A stretch of 64,000 bases of DNA from the human T2T-CHM13v2.0 reference genome, Homo sapiens. The stretch lies in the NCBI RefSeq assembly GCF_009914755.1, contig NC_060925.1. One strand, written 5' to 3'. The translations under genes were made by a program, and so were the position numbers. Below are positions 1 through 15,640 of the stretch, in pieces; the first letter of the stretch is position 1, and every line of letters starts with the position of its first letter. Below the pieces are notes generated by a model that worked only from the letters and a program-made list of their open reading frames with translations, was not told the origin of the DNA and made no database searches.

Positions 1-110
1 TAACCCCAGTGAGCTATTTTAGGGCTAGCCCTAGAGACTGGGATTCCTAGTTGGATTTTGCTTAGAAACAACATACAATGTTCTGAAACTATGATTAAAT
101 GAAAAGTGCA

Positions 111-418
111 GGCCAGGCATGGTGGCTTATGCCTGTAATCCCAGCACTTTGGGAGGCCAAGGCGGGTAGATCACCTCAGGTCAGGAGTTCAAGACCAGCC
201 TGACCAACATGGTGAAACCCCGTCTCTACTAAAAATACAAAAATTAGCCAGGCATGGTGGTTTGTGCCTGTAGTCCCAGCTACTCGGGGGACTGAGACAA
301 AAGAATCACTTGAACCCAGGAGGTGGAGGTTGCAGTGAGCCAAGATCACACCACTTCACTCCAGCCTGGGCAACAGAGCAAGACTCCGTCTCAACAAAAA
401 AAAAAAAAAAGAAAGAAA
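111..418 (+). mobile_element. Alu (AluS), full length
   Basis: Starts ggccaggcatggtggc, dimeric body with central A-rich linker, poly(A) tail ~393-418. Confidence 0.97.
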
Positions 419-1639
419 ACTTCATTCAGCTAGAGTCTATTGGACTTGGATTCTGAGCAGTTCTGCCCCTCACTGACTGTGTGATCCTGGGAAGTCTTGA
501 TGTCACCTGATGTCTCCCCATCACTGTCCCCATTGTGTCTTTGTTTCTTCCAATTGGTTTATGGTGGTTCTTTTTAACTTTCCCAGGAGAGGACTCCCTT
601 TACCTGGAGAACAATAATGACAAAGTCTTGTAGGAGGTTTTATAGGGGACAAAGAGCCTGTCTGGCTTAAATGAAGAGAATGAAGTAGGAAACAGTCAAG
701 AGAAACCTTTTTGTTTGATTGAGAAGTTTTGACCCTCCCAGAAAGTATATAGTGTTAACTGACCAACAATGAGCATCATTCCTGAATGAGGGTTGTCCTT
801 GGCCCACTGATTCCACCTATAGTGTAGTTCCAGTGGTTGTGTAGGAATTCATGCAACAATCTATGGCAAACTGAATTACTTCTCAGATAATTTTCTTTAG
901 GACTTAGTATGTTGGCTTCATGCCAAGGGGAATGGCAGTATTGGGAAAACTGCAGATGTTCTGGAAGCAGAGCACTTGAGTTCAAATCTTGACTACTCCT
1001 CTTACAGGCAAATTACTAAATTTCTTTTAGCCTCTGTTTCCTTCTCTGCATGACAGCAATGATAGTACTTACTTCACAAGATTACTGTGAGCACCAAGTG
1101 GAATCATTTCTGCTGGAGAGAAGGAAACACTTCAGTTTTTAGAAGTCTAACTTATTTGGGTGGATGGGTAAAGGAAATGGCAATTTCATTTCCTCTGGGC
1201 CCTTTGGCCGATCAATGGACTGAACTTTATCCTTGGGGAACAGCTGTGGCTTTTTCATAAATTCAAACATCAGTCTAATTTTCCCAAGGTTCCTCCAGGT
1301 TTACTCTAAAGGGAGCCCCTTCTTTGAATTGTTGTTGGTCTGAAGAGGGACCAGCAGCTGCTTGCCTGCAAAAATGTATTGCAGCCTCTGTGGGCATTCC
1401 CTGGACACTGCACACACTGCTATCCCCAAGCAGTCACAAACTAGGATGCTTTGATAATGAGAGTTTGAATATTTTATGTATCTTGTTTTCCAATTATACT
1501 TAAGAATTCAATAAGCTGAGTAGTGGGAAGCTGAATTACTAGACTGGCAAAGGAATGAACAGAAAAACCTAAAAAATTTAAAAAGAGGATTAAGAAAACT
1601 GTCCTTGCTCAGTTTGGGAGCCTGGCTTACTTTTCTTAG

Positions 1640-2046
<407 letters not shown>

Positions 2047-3049
2047 TTGATGCTCATTTTGAACTATCAACTTACCTTCGATGCCTTTGTAGACTCATCC
2101 AACTACTTCCCAATAAATGGTCCAGGATTAATGGGTATTCATGTTCAGTGTAGGGCATCTAATTCCAGAAATGTAAGCCAAATTAGCAAACTCTCCTAAA
2201 AAGGACATCCTATCTTCTGCTGAGCTGTCTTCCCAAGCTAGCCAACGTGTCTGAATTTGGGCATGAAAGAAGAGGAGCAGATGGGCTGGGGTCTGACATG
2301 CAGGGCAAACTGGAGGGTTTTCTTGGCATATTTGTTCTTCAAATCTAGACTTTAGAATATGTGAGAAACAGTGACATTCTCACATTGGTCCCAAGCCATG
2401 GAGGAAATCCTGCCCCATTGAGAAGTGGAGACATTTCAGCCCTTGCATATCTCATCAGCAAACCACAGGGTTGGTGAAGGGACTGATGGAGTCCTTTTAA
2501 AGGTCTTGTGCCATTTTCTTGCCTTTTTATCTTTTTGTTCAAAGATAACTCTTGTTTTGTTTTCTATCTTGAGGCAAAATTGAAAACTTGGCCTACACAT
2601 TGGTTTGGGCTAGAACTGGCCTCTAGGTGGCGATTCAGTACAGAGAATGGTGGTGGCTGGCGTCACCTCGAGCCACCATTTCTCAGAGATACCATTATAT
2701 AAGGGGATTCATGAGAAATCGGGCATCACAATAGAGGGACAGCTTGGCCTTTGTCACTTTTCAAGCTGGGATCCTGAAGAGGTTGGGGTGCATGGGGAGC
2801 AGCGAAAGCACCTAGTCTCAAGCAACATAACACGAGTTTAAGGCCCCCACTAGGACGGAGTCCAGAGTAGTCTGGCAACGGTTGCAAGGTTTGGACTTGG
2901 CCTGCTAGGAGAGTGAGCCCTGAGCTTCAGGCTTGGTTCCCTCACTCCTGTGAGGCCTCACTCAGGCTCACAGCCCCTGATGGAGCACTCAGCTTGGCAG
3001 CTGCCTGCCCGAGGTCTCCAGAAAAGGCAGCCAGCTCCTAGTTGAAGTC

Positions 3050-3192
3050 CTCCCACTTTACTTCCCCTTCCTTCCCCCTGCCACTCCCTCTCTTCTCCTT
3101 CACCCCTCCTTCCCTTCTGCCTCCCGTTCCCTCTGCTTCCTCCTTCTTCCCCCTCTTCCCCACCTCCTCACACACCCCATTCTCACCTTCTG
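3050..3192. repeat. CT-rich low-complexity polypyrimidine tract
   Basis: ~140 bp almost entirely C/T on the + strand (cttccccttccttccccct...). Confidence 0.85.
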
Positions 3193-3924
3193 CTATTTAC
3201 AAAGCCCTTTCCCCTGTATGATCTCATTTGCTGCTCACAGACTCCTAGGGAAGAGGGACAGGTTGAGCCCTCCCTCACTCCCTGGCACACTTTGAGGACA
3301 CAGTGCGGAAGTGCTTATAAAGATCCCGTTATCTGACTGTCACCACCAGCAAATAGTGAGTACCTTAGGGCAACTATTGAATTCAAATTAGTGCATGTTG
3401 CTTGGCATGGAGGAGGTCTCAAAATTATTTACTGAATGAATAAATATTTATAGTTGCAAAGAACTGAATCAAGGGACAGTAGGTGGTAGAGTCCATTCTA
3501 GAAGTTAGGCTTCATACTTGTAGGACCTACGACATTGCTGCACTAGGTACTAAATATGTCACCATTTTCTAGTAAAAAATACAGTATGTAAGTGCATAAA
3601 GGGACCCATGCAGAACTGTTTGCATATCTGGCTCTCAACCACATGAAACTACTCTGGCACCAGTCTGCTGTCTGTCAGGGGACACTAGGAGCTGTGGGTG
3701 GATCTAGGGGAGCAGCTGGCCTTTCTGAGGCCTTCCTTAAAGTATGGGATAGACACTGGGCCCCTCAGCTATCAAAACCCTTCTGTCTTTAGCTGATCTA
3801 ACATATTGAGATAAAAAGCACCACCCAGTTATTACTCATCCCACTCCATTCCAATCCATGAATCAGCACTTTTTGTTTTTTGCTTAAATGTACATATTTC
3901 AGGCAGTTTAGGACTCTGCGATGA

Positions 3925-4125
3925 GACTATATAGGTTCAAATCCTAGCTCTACCACTTCCTAGCTGTTGAGGCTTGGGTAGGTCATTTAACCTCTTTGTG
4001 CCTCTATTTCTCATCTTTTAAATGATAAGAGTATTTAACTCATAACATTACTGTGGGGATTTAGAGAGTTAATATATAGAAAACAATGAGAACAATGCCT
4101 GGCAATAAGTCAGAGCTAGGAAGTG
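3925..4125 (+). mobile_element. MIR SINE (degenerate)
   Basis: ggttcaaatcctagctctaccact...aacctctttgtgcctc...tctcatct...aaaatg, MIR core. Confidence 0.8.
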
Positions 4126-5510
4126 TTCACCCAATCTCTCGTTACGGTTTCCTGGGTTTGAGAATTGGTTTGTGTTCAACTGATGGAGGCACTTCATGAT
4201 TTTGTAGAATTCCCTGGAATGCTCTCATTTTAGCTGTGAGGTTTCAACATTTTCCCACTCAGTTACAGCTTTCTTGAGGCCTAAAGAAGACAGGAAGCAA
4301 CTTGAAGTGTATTTTTCTGCTAATGAGGGCTGTGGCATTTGTTTCATATACAGCATCCCCAGGTGGCTCCAGACAGAATTCAAGGGCTTTTTTCTCTACG
4401 GCAGTGCTTACCACTTAACACACAGTAGGTATTAAATAAATGCTTGTGCCAGAAAGAGAGGAAGGAAGATGCAGTACAGAGGAAAACATTAATTAGTACA
4501 TAGTAGTTTACACGGACAAGGTCCCAATGGGGTATACACTTGTTCCCTAAGATCTACTGACTAAGCATGAACATCACCAAGGAAATGCGATCAACTCAGA
4601 GGAGAAGGAGGGGGAGGAGAAGAGAGAAGAAACTGGAGCAGCCTGTTACCTGACCGAAGATATCAGGCTTTCCATTGCAAATGGTTCCATCAGCTCAGGC
4701 CAAGTGGAAAACCTTGCCGCTGCTCTGGGACATCAAAGGCATCTCCAATTGCTGTCTGCCCCAGAGTTTCATCCTTCCAGGGGTAGTTTGTCACTTGTTT
4801 TGTAGCCTCTATGGTACTCTTTCTTATGGCTAAAGACCAGCTAGCTCACCAGACATTTCTGTGGGTTTTGGCAGGAAATAGAGATGGGAGGCAGACAATG
4901 CTCTAGGGCGGTTCTTAGGAGAAACTTTTCTGACCTTGGCAGTCTTACTCCAATTTTCATGCCAAATTAGACTAATAATAGATCCTCACCCACAACCCAA
5001 ATCCTCTAGCCTGAAAGGCTTAGAGTAGACAGAATGCAACTAGAAACTACTCTATGTTCTATAAGGGAGTTGAAACAGAGCTTTTCTAGTGAACACATTA
5101 GCTAATCAACTAGGTCACTGATGGTAAGGACTGTCTCAACTGCATGCCAACTCTGATTGATGGATAAAGCCTGCCTGGGGAATTGTATTGAGTTGGATTC
5201 TGAGTCTCCATCATCACATCTAGGCCCCAGAGGCAAGTGCTGTAATTCACCAACAATGTCTGTCACAGGTGCAGGAATAGGGAGTAGCCCCAGGAGGCAT
5301 AGATACATACCTGCTCCAGGAGGCTATTTGGAGTTAGGAAAACAAAGATGGTTGAATGGTCAACTATGCTCATTTAATTAAATCATGATAGACCTTGAGC
5401 AATTCAACTCTTGAGGAAAATGTGGTATCAGCTCAGGAAAGAAGAAAAAGAAGGAGTAAGAGTGGTGATAGTGGAGTGTTCCCGTTCCATAGCTCTGTAG
5501 AGCCTTCTCA

Positions 5511-5842
<332 letters not shown>

Positions 5843-6819
5843 ATCAGATTGAGAGGTAGCAGGTATGACAACATTAGATAGTTATTTTGAGTTGCAGTTC
5901 AAGACCTGGGAAGCTCTTGAAATAGATAGTTAAGCCGCTGGCAACCAGAAGGAAGGGCAGAGAGAGTGTTTCCCAAACTGAGTACCGTGAATCACTTAGT
6001 ATCCATGAGATGTTTGTAAATATTTTGCCATGAAACATAGGCAGTGGTGGGGAGGGGACTTCCATGGTTATTCAAGTTTGGGAAACCTGTCAAAAAAATT
6101 CAGCAAAGTAAATTGTAGCCCAAGGAGGCTCTTGGCCTGAGGGAGTTATGGAAGAGAAATGTAATAAGCTAAGAAAGCAAAAGTGTAGGTGGGGTCAGGC
6201 TCTGAAAGGCCTTGAATGACAGGATGAGGGCTTTCGTTTTGATTGGGAGGCATGGAGGATTTGTGGGCAGGAGAAGTGATACATTCAGGGCTGGGGGTTA
6301 GGAAAATAACTGTACCATGAAGATTGAATAGAGAAGAGACTGGAGGTCAGAAGACTAGTTAGAAAGGTGTTATATGGTCCAAACAAGACACGCTAGCAGC
6401 CTAAACTTGGGCAGTTGCAATGGGAATGGAAAGGAAGGCCCAAAGTCAAGAGACATTTTCACCAGTAATAATGTCAGGTCTAGTCTGACTTCCAACAGCA
6501 CTCAAGTACATGAAGGGCTACACTACAGGGAACTGACCAGCCCTTCTCTACACCCTTAAGTACAAAGCCAGCAGAGTGGGAGGTAAATTGCTGAGATGAA
6601 GCATTTGATTAGATAGAAAGTATATCTTCCTAATGCTAGGGATAATTAAACCCTGGAAGAGCCACCAGAGCACTAGCATAGCTTTCTCACAGGAAAGCAG
6701 CCATCTGCCCTGGTCCTCTAAGGCACATGACCACTCAAAGCTCCTTTCTGCTCCATGAGTCTATAATTAATGTATCTTAGGAATCTGAATATTGAAAGGG
6801 GCCTTACAGCTGATCTAGT

Positions 6820-7610
<791 letters not shown>

Positions 7611-7894
7611 TAGACCCACCAATTCATTTTATAGATGAGTGGACTGGGGCCAGAGAGGAGCAAGGACTTGCCCAAGGCCACATGGGCAAGGGCATCATTT
7701 GGTGGCAGAGTGGACACTAGTGTCCCATGCTTAGGGCTCCTCCAATAGATCATAAACGAATGCTTGGTCCCATTGTTTGCTCTAGGCTGAGGGTTAGACA
7801 GTGACTAAAAGGTTCAGAAACCTCTACTGTTACCCTCTATGCTCAAGGAGATGTGTTGCTTCAGTATAGGATGTACACAAGAGAGGCTGAGTGT

Positions 7895-8134
7895 TATTAT
7901 TAACCATAACAATAGTTAATGTTTACTGTGTGTCAGGCATTGCTCTAGGCACTTTACATAAAACTCTTAATCTGTACAATAACTCCATAAGATCAATTTT
8001 ATCCCCATTTTACATAAGAGGAAACTGAGGCACAGTGAAGTTACAGATAAAGAAACTGAGCCACAGGTCAGTTAAATAAGCTGCCTGTGTTCATACAGCT
8101 GGCAAACGGTAGAACCAGGACTCAGACTCAAAGC
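7895..8134 (-). mobile_element. MIR SINE
   Basis: atccccattttacataagaggaaactgaggcacag, MIR core in reverse orientation. Confidence 0.8.
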
Positions 8135-8142
8135 CTGTACAC

Positions 8143-8359
8143 CGGTGGTTCTTAACAGGGGATGATTTTACACATACACCCTGGGGACACAGGAAGTTTC
8201 TGGAGGTATTTATGGTTGTGACAGCTTGGGAGTTGCTCACTATTATGTACTGAGTGGAGGGCAGGGATACTGCTAAACCCTGCAATGCACAAGTCAGCCC
8301 CTCATAACTAAGAATTATCTGGCCCAAAATGTCAATAGTGCTGAAGTTCAGAAACTCTG
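8143..8359. mobile_element. MER20 (hAT-Charlie non-autonomous DNA transposon), complete
   Basis: Termini cggtggttcttaac...gttcagaaactctg; internal aagaattatctggcccaaaatgtcaatagtgctga; perfect 8-bp TSD ctgtacac (8135-8142, 8360-8367). Confidence 0.93.
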
Positions 8360-8892
8360 CTGTACACCAACTATTATATCACCACTTTAGGCTTCACAAA
8401 AGCTCTTTAGTCTGTTTCTCTGTCCTTGATCTGCCTGGACAACTGGACATGCCTCAGAATCGCTCAGGCAATTGTGTCTACACTGGTCCACCCAATGTAA
8501 GTGAGCACACACATTTCAGAAAACAGGCCTTGGTGCTCATGTAGCCTGAAGAGCGGAAACCTAATGGGAAAAGACTGCTGAAAGTAGGAAGCAAAAAGCG
8601 GAAAGCTTTCATGCCCATCGTGATCGCTGGTCCAAAGAAGGGCAGGGGCTGCTGAAGGAACATGTGGGCTTGTTACATTAGGGTAAGTGCCTCATGCCAT
8701 GACTAGAACCACCCAGACAGCCATAGGTTACTGAAGCCCCAGATCCCGAGTGCTTCATGTGCTCCTGCACACCCGCTCCTCCCTCCCTCTGCCCATGGCT
8801 TCTCTGTTCTCAGCTTCCCAGACACTAACCCCACATCCTGTCTAGACTACTGACTGAGAGCAGGCCCCTCTTATCTCCTCCATCTGACCTGG

Positions 8893-8927
8893 ACTACAGA
8901 CACAGCTACCACTACAGACACAGCTAC
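8893..8927. repeat. 18-bp tandem duplication
   Basis: actacagacacagctacc followed by actacagacacagctac. Confidence 0.9.
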
Positions 8928-9799
8928 TCCCTGGGGCAAAGATGAGTCTTACTTCCATTGCACCCTAGCACTGAGCACACTGCAGGCACCTGTGTTAGTA
9001 CATCTCAGTAGAAAACTCTATATACAGCCTCCTCATGCACACTGCTAGAAGAATCCTCCTAAATCTGGCAGCTAGGGGATCACTTTTGGAAGGCAGTGCT
9101 GTTGTAGAAAGAACACTGAGCAAGGAATTGGCAGGCCTGGGCTGGTGAATGGGTGTACTCAGGAGTCCTGCACAGGACTCAGTTCAGGGCTGAGTTACAT
9201 TTGTCTCCTCTATGGTGCCTGGCAGGGGGCTCTGCATGGGGCTGGCTGTCAACAGCTATTTGTTGGATGGAATACATGCATCACTGCTCTGCTCTGGTCT
9301 CCTATCTGGACAGATGGAAACCACCCTTACCAATGGACCCAGGTGGTGGCAACAGCCTGCTCCATGCAGAGGATGTAGGACACAGGGCTGAAGGGCTCAC
9401 CAGCCCCCTGCCCACTGTGCAGGCACGTGCACACAGTAGTAAATCTGCCCTTTGTCTGTGGGCTTGTCTCAGCCTACCCCATTCTACCTCCCAGCCACAC
9501 ACACTCTGGTCTATATGATCCTCGAGGCAAGGGACCATTAGTTAATTAAACTGAGATTTAGTATGGGCCTACTATGTGGCAAATACTGGACTGCTTCTAA
9601 ATGCCTGCTTCTTATTAGCTGCAGACACAGCAACCAATAAGAAAGACATGATTTCTGACTAGCAGAGAATACAGATTGTGAGCTGATAACTCTAAGTGGG
9701 ATAGTGTGATGAAAGAAGTAACAGGGGAGTTTGTTACTGTTCATCACTGATCTATGGAAATGCTAGAAATTCAATGGATGGAATTTTCATCATAGAAGC

Positions 9800-10785
9800 T
9801 GTTTCCGAAAAATTACCCTAATGCTTTGGCATGCTGAGTACTTTGAATTAAAGGACAGTGGAAGGCCTCGCAAGCAGCCTCAGAACCAAGCTCTCTGACT
9901 TTCTCCTGCCCTCCTGTCTCTCGCCCTTCATTCTCCCCTGAGGCAAGTCACAGAACCCTGAATGCCCCTCCCCAAGGCAGGTCATAGAGACTACAGCCCC
10001 TTTCCCCCAGGGCAAACCATACAACCTAGAAATATTACTTTCACCTTCCCCCACCTTTCTGTGTAGGAGCTGGTCATAAAGAAATTATCAGCCCTATCTT
10101 TGTTCAATAGTAGGTAATAAGATCCTCATTCCAAAAAGGATCCTGCTTCATATCTGGGAGGAAGGAATGCCACACAGAGAGACTAAGAAGAACCTGAACA
10201 GACAGGCCTTGCCGGGTTTCCCACTCTATTACTATCACATCATTCTTTTTGTCCAATCACATCTCTACATAGCTGTCCACCCTTCATCAAATCTAAAAAA
10301 TGGACAGTTTTCCCTTTGGTCTTCATTTCTGAAGGCTCCTGTATCAGGTAAAACTTTTTTTTTTTTTTTTTTTTTTTAGACAGAGTCTCTCACTGTCGCC
10401 CAGGCTGGAGTGCAGTGGTGCGATCTCGGCTCACTGCAAGCTCTGCCTCCCGGGTTCACGCCATCTCCTGCCTCAGCCTCCCGAATAGCTGGGACTACAG
10501 GCGCCCGCTACCACGCCCGGCTAATTTTTTTTTTTTTTTGTATTTTTAGTAGAGACGGGGTTTCACCATGTTAGCCAGGATGGTCTCGATCTCCTGACCT
10601 CGTGATCCATCCGCCTCCCAAAGTGCTGGGATTATAGGCGTGAGCCACCACGCCCAGCCTTCAGGTAAAACTTTGATTACATAAATCACTTATGTTTTTC
10701 TCTTGTTAACCTGTCTTTCATTATAGGAGTCTTAGCCATGACCCTTATGATGGAGGAAATGTATCATACCCTTTCTACCCCTAAA
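9800..10785 (+). mobile_element. ERV1-class solo LTR (MER66/MER83-like) split by an AluY
   Basis: ctttctgtgtaggagctggtcataaagaaatt...ggaaggaatgccacacagagagactaagaagaacctgaacagacaggccttgc matches my recollection of MER66/83 LTRs. Confidence 0.7.
10358..10660 (-). mobile_element. AluY with expanded central A-rich linker
   Basis: ctgcaagctc, ggttcacgccat, gttagccaggatgg (Y/Sc diagnostics); TSD tcaggtaaaacttt (10344-10357, 10661-10674). Confidence 0.96.
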
Positions 10786-10923
10786 AAGAGCCACACTTGT
10801 GTCTCATTCCTCAATGCTGATCCTACCCACAGGCAAATGTGGCAGTCATGTGTATAGCCCGGTTTGATAAAGACCACAATTACATCTACCCCAAAATCCA
10901 GCCTCAGGGCCTACTATGATATA

Positions 10924-11053
10924 TTAGGTTGGTGCAAAATAACTGTCGTTTTTGCCATTAAAGTAACGGCAAAATGCCATTATTTTACAGTAATTACAGT
11001 TTTTGCCATTAAAGTGATGGCAAAATGCCACAATTACTTTTGCACCAACCCAC
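10924..11053. mobile_element. MADE1 (Hsmar1-derived MITE) with internal duplication
   Basis: TIRs ttaggttggtgcaaaa... / ...ttttgcaccaacc, preceded by TA; ~130 bp rather than the ~80-bp consensus. Confidence 0.92.
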
Positions 11054-11225
11054 TAGTTAAACAAGCACTGGAATTGTCAAAAGATCTGTTTTGTTTTCTT
11101 GTGGTATATTAGTTAATGTTTCTCAGACAATCTCCTCAGCAAAATTAGAATAACAATGACCATCCCCAGCATCCCAGGAGGCACCCATCTGGTTACTGAA
11201 TGGAGCTGGCCCTGTGGCAGCCCTC

Positions 11226-11504
11226 TTTTTTTGGGGGGCACTCTTGTGGCCCAGGCTGGAGTGCAGTGGTGTGATCTCAGCTCACTGCCTGTGCCTCCAG
11301 GGTTCAAGCGATTCTCCTGCCTCAACCTCCTGAGTAGCTAGGATTACAGGCACGTGCCACCACGTCTGGCTAATTTTTGTATTTTCAGTAGAGACGGGGT
11401 TTCACCATCTTGGTCAGGCTGGTCTTGAACTCCTGAACTCCTGATCTGCCCACCTCGGCCTCCCAAAGTGCTGGGATTACAGGCATGAGCCACCGTGCCC
11501 GGCC
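11226..11504 (-). mobile_element. Alu (AluS)
   Basis: Reverse Alu with short, altered 3' end; cctctttt on both flanks. Confidence 0.93.
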
Positions 11505-11848
11505 AAGCCCTCCTCTTTTAGCAGACCAGAAACCCCACCCTCAGAGCAGGGCAAGGCCACATGAGGCCTGTGATTAAAATATCTGTGATAGTTGAAGGAA
11601 GAAATAAGGGAAGACTTTTGTCCCTACCCTCTAGGCTAGTTTGTAGCACAAGCTACACTTGTGCTTGGAATGGAATCTTCAAGTACAGGGTTCCCAAACG
11701 GTAGGAACAGAAATGGTGACATGGGGGATGGATGGACATTTTAAATTTTACTGTCTAGGGCTGATTTTATTATGTTTGGGGAAAATACAACTAGCACAGC
11801 AAACCCATGAGTCTACAGATATTTTTGTTTAGAATGATGCTAGGTTTA

Positions 11849-12171
<323 letters not shown>

Positions 12172-12177
12172 AACGTG

Positions 12178-13361
12178 GACCTTTGTCAGATGCATAGCTT
12201 GCAAAAATTTTCTCCTATTCTGTAGGTTGTCTGTTTACTCTGTTTTGCTGTTGCAAGTCTTTAGTCACATTAGATCTCATTTGTCAATTTTTGCTTTTGT
12301 TGCAATTGCTTTTGGTGTCATTGTCATGAAATCTTTGCTCATTCCTATGTCCAGAATGGTATTGCCTAGGTTGTCTTTCATGGTTTTTATAGTTTGGGGT
12401 TTTACATTTAAGTTTGTAATTCATCTTAAGTAGATTGTTGTATATGGTGTAAGTCTAATATCCAGCATCTATTAAGGAACTTAAACAAATTTACAAGAAA
12501 ATAAACAACGCTGTTAAAACGTGGGCAAAGGATATGAAAAGACACTTTTCGAAAGAAGACATACATGCGGCCAACAGGTGTATGAAACAAAGCTCAACAT
12601 CACTGATCATCAGAGAAATGCAAATCAAAACCACAATGAGATACCATTTCATACCAGTTAGAATGGCTGTTACAATGGCTACTAAAAAGTAAAAAAACCA
12701 ACAACATCCAGATGCTGGTGAGGTTGTGGAGAAAAAGGAATGCTTATACACTGTTGGTGGGAATGTAAATCAGTTCAACCATTGTGGAAAACAGTGTGGT
12801 GATTCCTCAAAGACCTGAAAACAGAAATACCATTCAACCCACCAATCCTATTACAAAGGAATATAAATTGTTCTATCATAAAGACACATGCGCACGTATG
12901 TTTACTGCAGCACTATTTGCAATAGCCAAGACATGGAATCGGCCTAAATGCCCATCAGTGGTAGACTGGATAATGAAAATGTGGTACATATATACCATGG
13001 AATACTATGTAGTTATATAAAAAAAAATTAGATCATGTCCTTTGCAGGAACATGGACGGAGCTAGAGGCCATTATCCTTAGCAAACTAATGCAGGAACAG
13101 AAAACCAAATACCACATGTTCTCACTTATAAGTGGGAGCTAAATGGTGAGAACACATGGACACACAGAGGGGAACAACACACACTGGGGCCTATTGGAGG
13201 GTGGAGGGTGGGAGGAGGGAGAGGATCTAGAAAAATAACTAATGGGTACTAGGCTTAATACCTGGGTGATGAAATAATCTGTACAACAAACTCCTGTGAC
13301 ACGAGTTGACCTGTAGAGCAAAACTGCACATGTACCCCTGAACCTAAAATAAAAGTTTTAC
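12178..13361 (+). mobile_element. 5'-truncated, 5'-inverted L1 (old L1PA, roughly PA13-PA16 3' end)
   Basis: 12178-12453 is antisense ORF2 3' sequence; 12453-13361 is sense ORF2 end plus 3'UTR ending aacctaaaataaaagtt. Confidence 0.92.
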
Positions 13362-13395
13362 AAAAGGTGAACTAATTTAAAGAAATAACCGGGTG

Positions 13396-13770
<375 letters not shown>

Positions 13771-14120
13771 TTAGAAACACTGATTTACTAAGTCTCATCA
13801 TGTTAGCAATAAAGAAATCAAGGACCAAAATGGTGAAATTTAAGGTTGGCAAGAAATAAACCTGAGATTACAACTAAATCTTCTGGAGCTCCAGTGGTGG
13901 TGTTCTTCCCAGCACACAGGCTGCCTCTCCATTCAGCTCTCTACGCTAGAAGGGATCTTTTATTTTAAAATAACAGCTTTATTGATATATAATTCATATA
14001 TCATAAAATTCACCCTTTTAAAGTGTACAATTCAGCAGGCTTTAATAGATTCAGAGTGGGGCAACCACAATTTTAGAACATTTTCATCAGCCTCATAAGA
14101 AGTCCCATATCAATTAGTAA

Positions 14121-14441
<321 letters not shown>

Positions 14442-14507
14442 AGTACTTCATTTCTTAATTATGGAAGAATAATATTCCACTGTATGAATATAGCACATTT
14501 AATTTTA

Positions 14508-14943
<436 letters not shown>

Positions 14944-14969
14944 TAGGAGTGGAATTGCTGGGTACATGG

Positions 14970-15640
14970 TATGATTGGGGTTCTTGATGGCAAGCAATAG
15001 AAAATGTCTCTGGCCGTCTTGAACAAAGAGGAAATTTACTGGCAGAATAGTGGAGGCTTCCAGAATCCACAAGGGAGAAGCTGAAGAGCTGGGCCTGGAA
15101 AATAGGGCAAGAGCCAGAAGGACTTCAGTGGTCAGGCAATGGAGCTGCAAGCAGCACCGCCCCATAGAAATGCCTGGGCCTGGGCACTGTTGCAGCCTGC
15201 CCTTCTGGCTCTTGTCCAAGATTCAAAGTCTAGCAGAGAGCCTCCAATTGGCCAAGGCTGTGAATCACTCCCCTTCTCCCCACAAGCTGGGGGCCAGGGA
15301 GATGAATGATCTGACCACTTCAGCCCCACAGCATAAGGGAGGCATTACACAAGTGACAATTTCTCCAAAAGAGAAATTAAGGCAACAATTTGAAGTTGGA
15401 ATTCGGGGGAATGCTGGATACCTAACAAAAAGACAAATGTAATACAGCAGGGCCAGATTATGAGGGGGAAAAAGCCAACACAGAGAGGAGGGAGAAAGCA
15501 AGGGAGGAGCAGAGAAGAGAGCAGAGCCACTGCCTTAAGCTCATTCTGAAGCCACAGAATCTGTGGATTTCCAGTTACATGAGCCAGGGTGACTTGGATT
15601 TTCTCTTGCTTGCAGCCAAATGCATCCTAACTGATGCAGT
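14970..15640. mobile_element. Old MaLR (MLT1-type) LTR fragments
   Basis: gggttcttgatggcaagcaatagaaa start; cttgcagccaaatgcatcctaactgatgca end motif. Confidence 0.55.

Noticed and set aside
15050-15442. 130-aa ORF outside Alu/L1
   Set aside because: Starts at GTG, lies in old MaLR fragments, and has no recognisable protein features.
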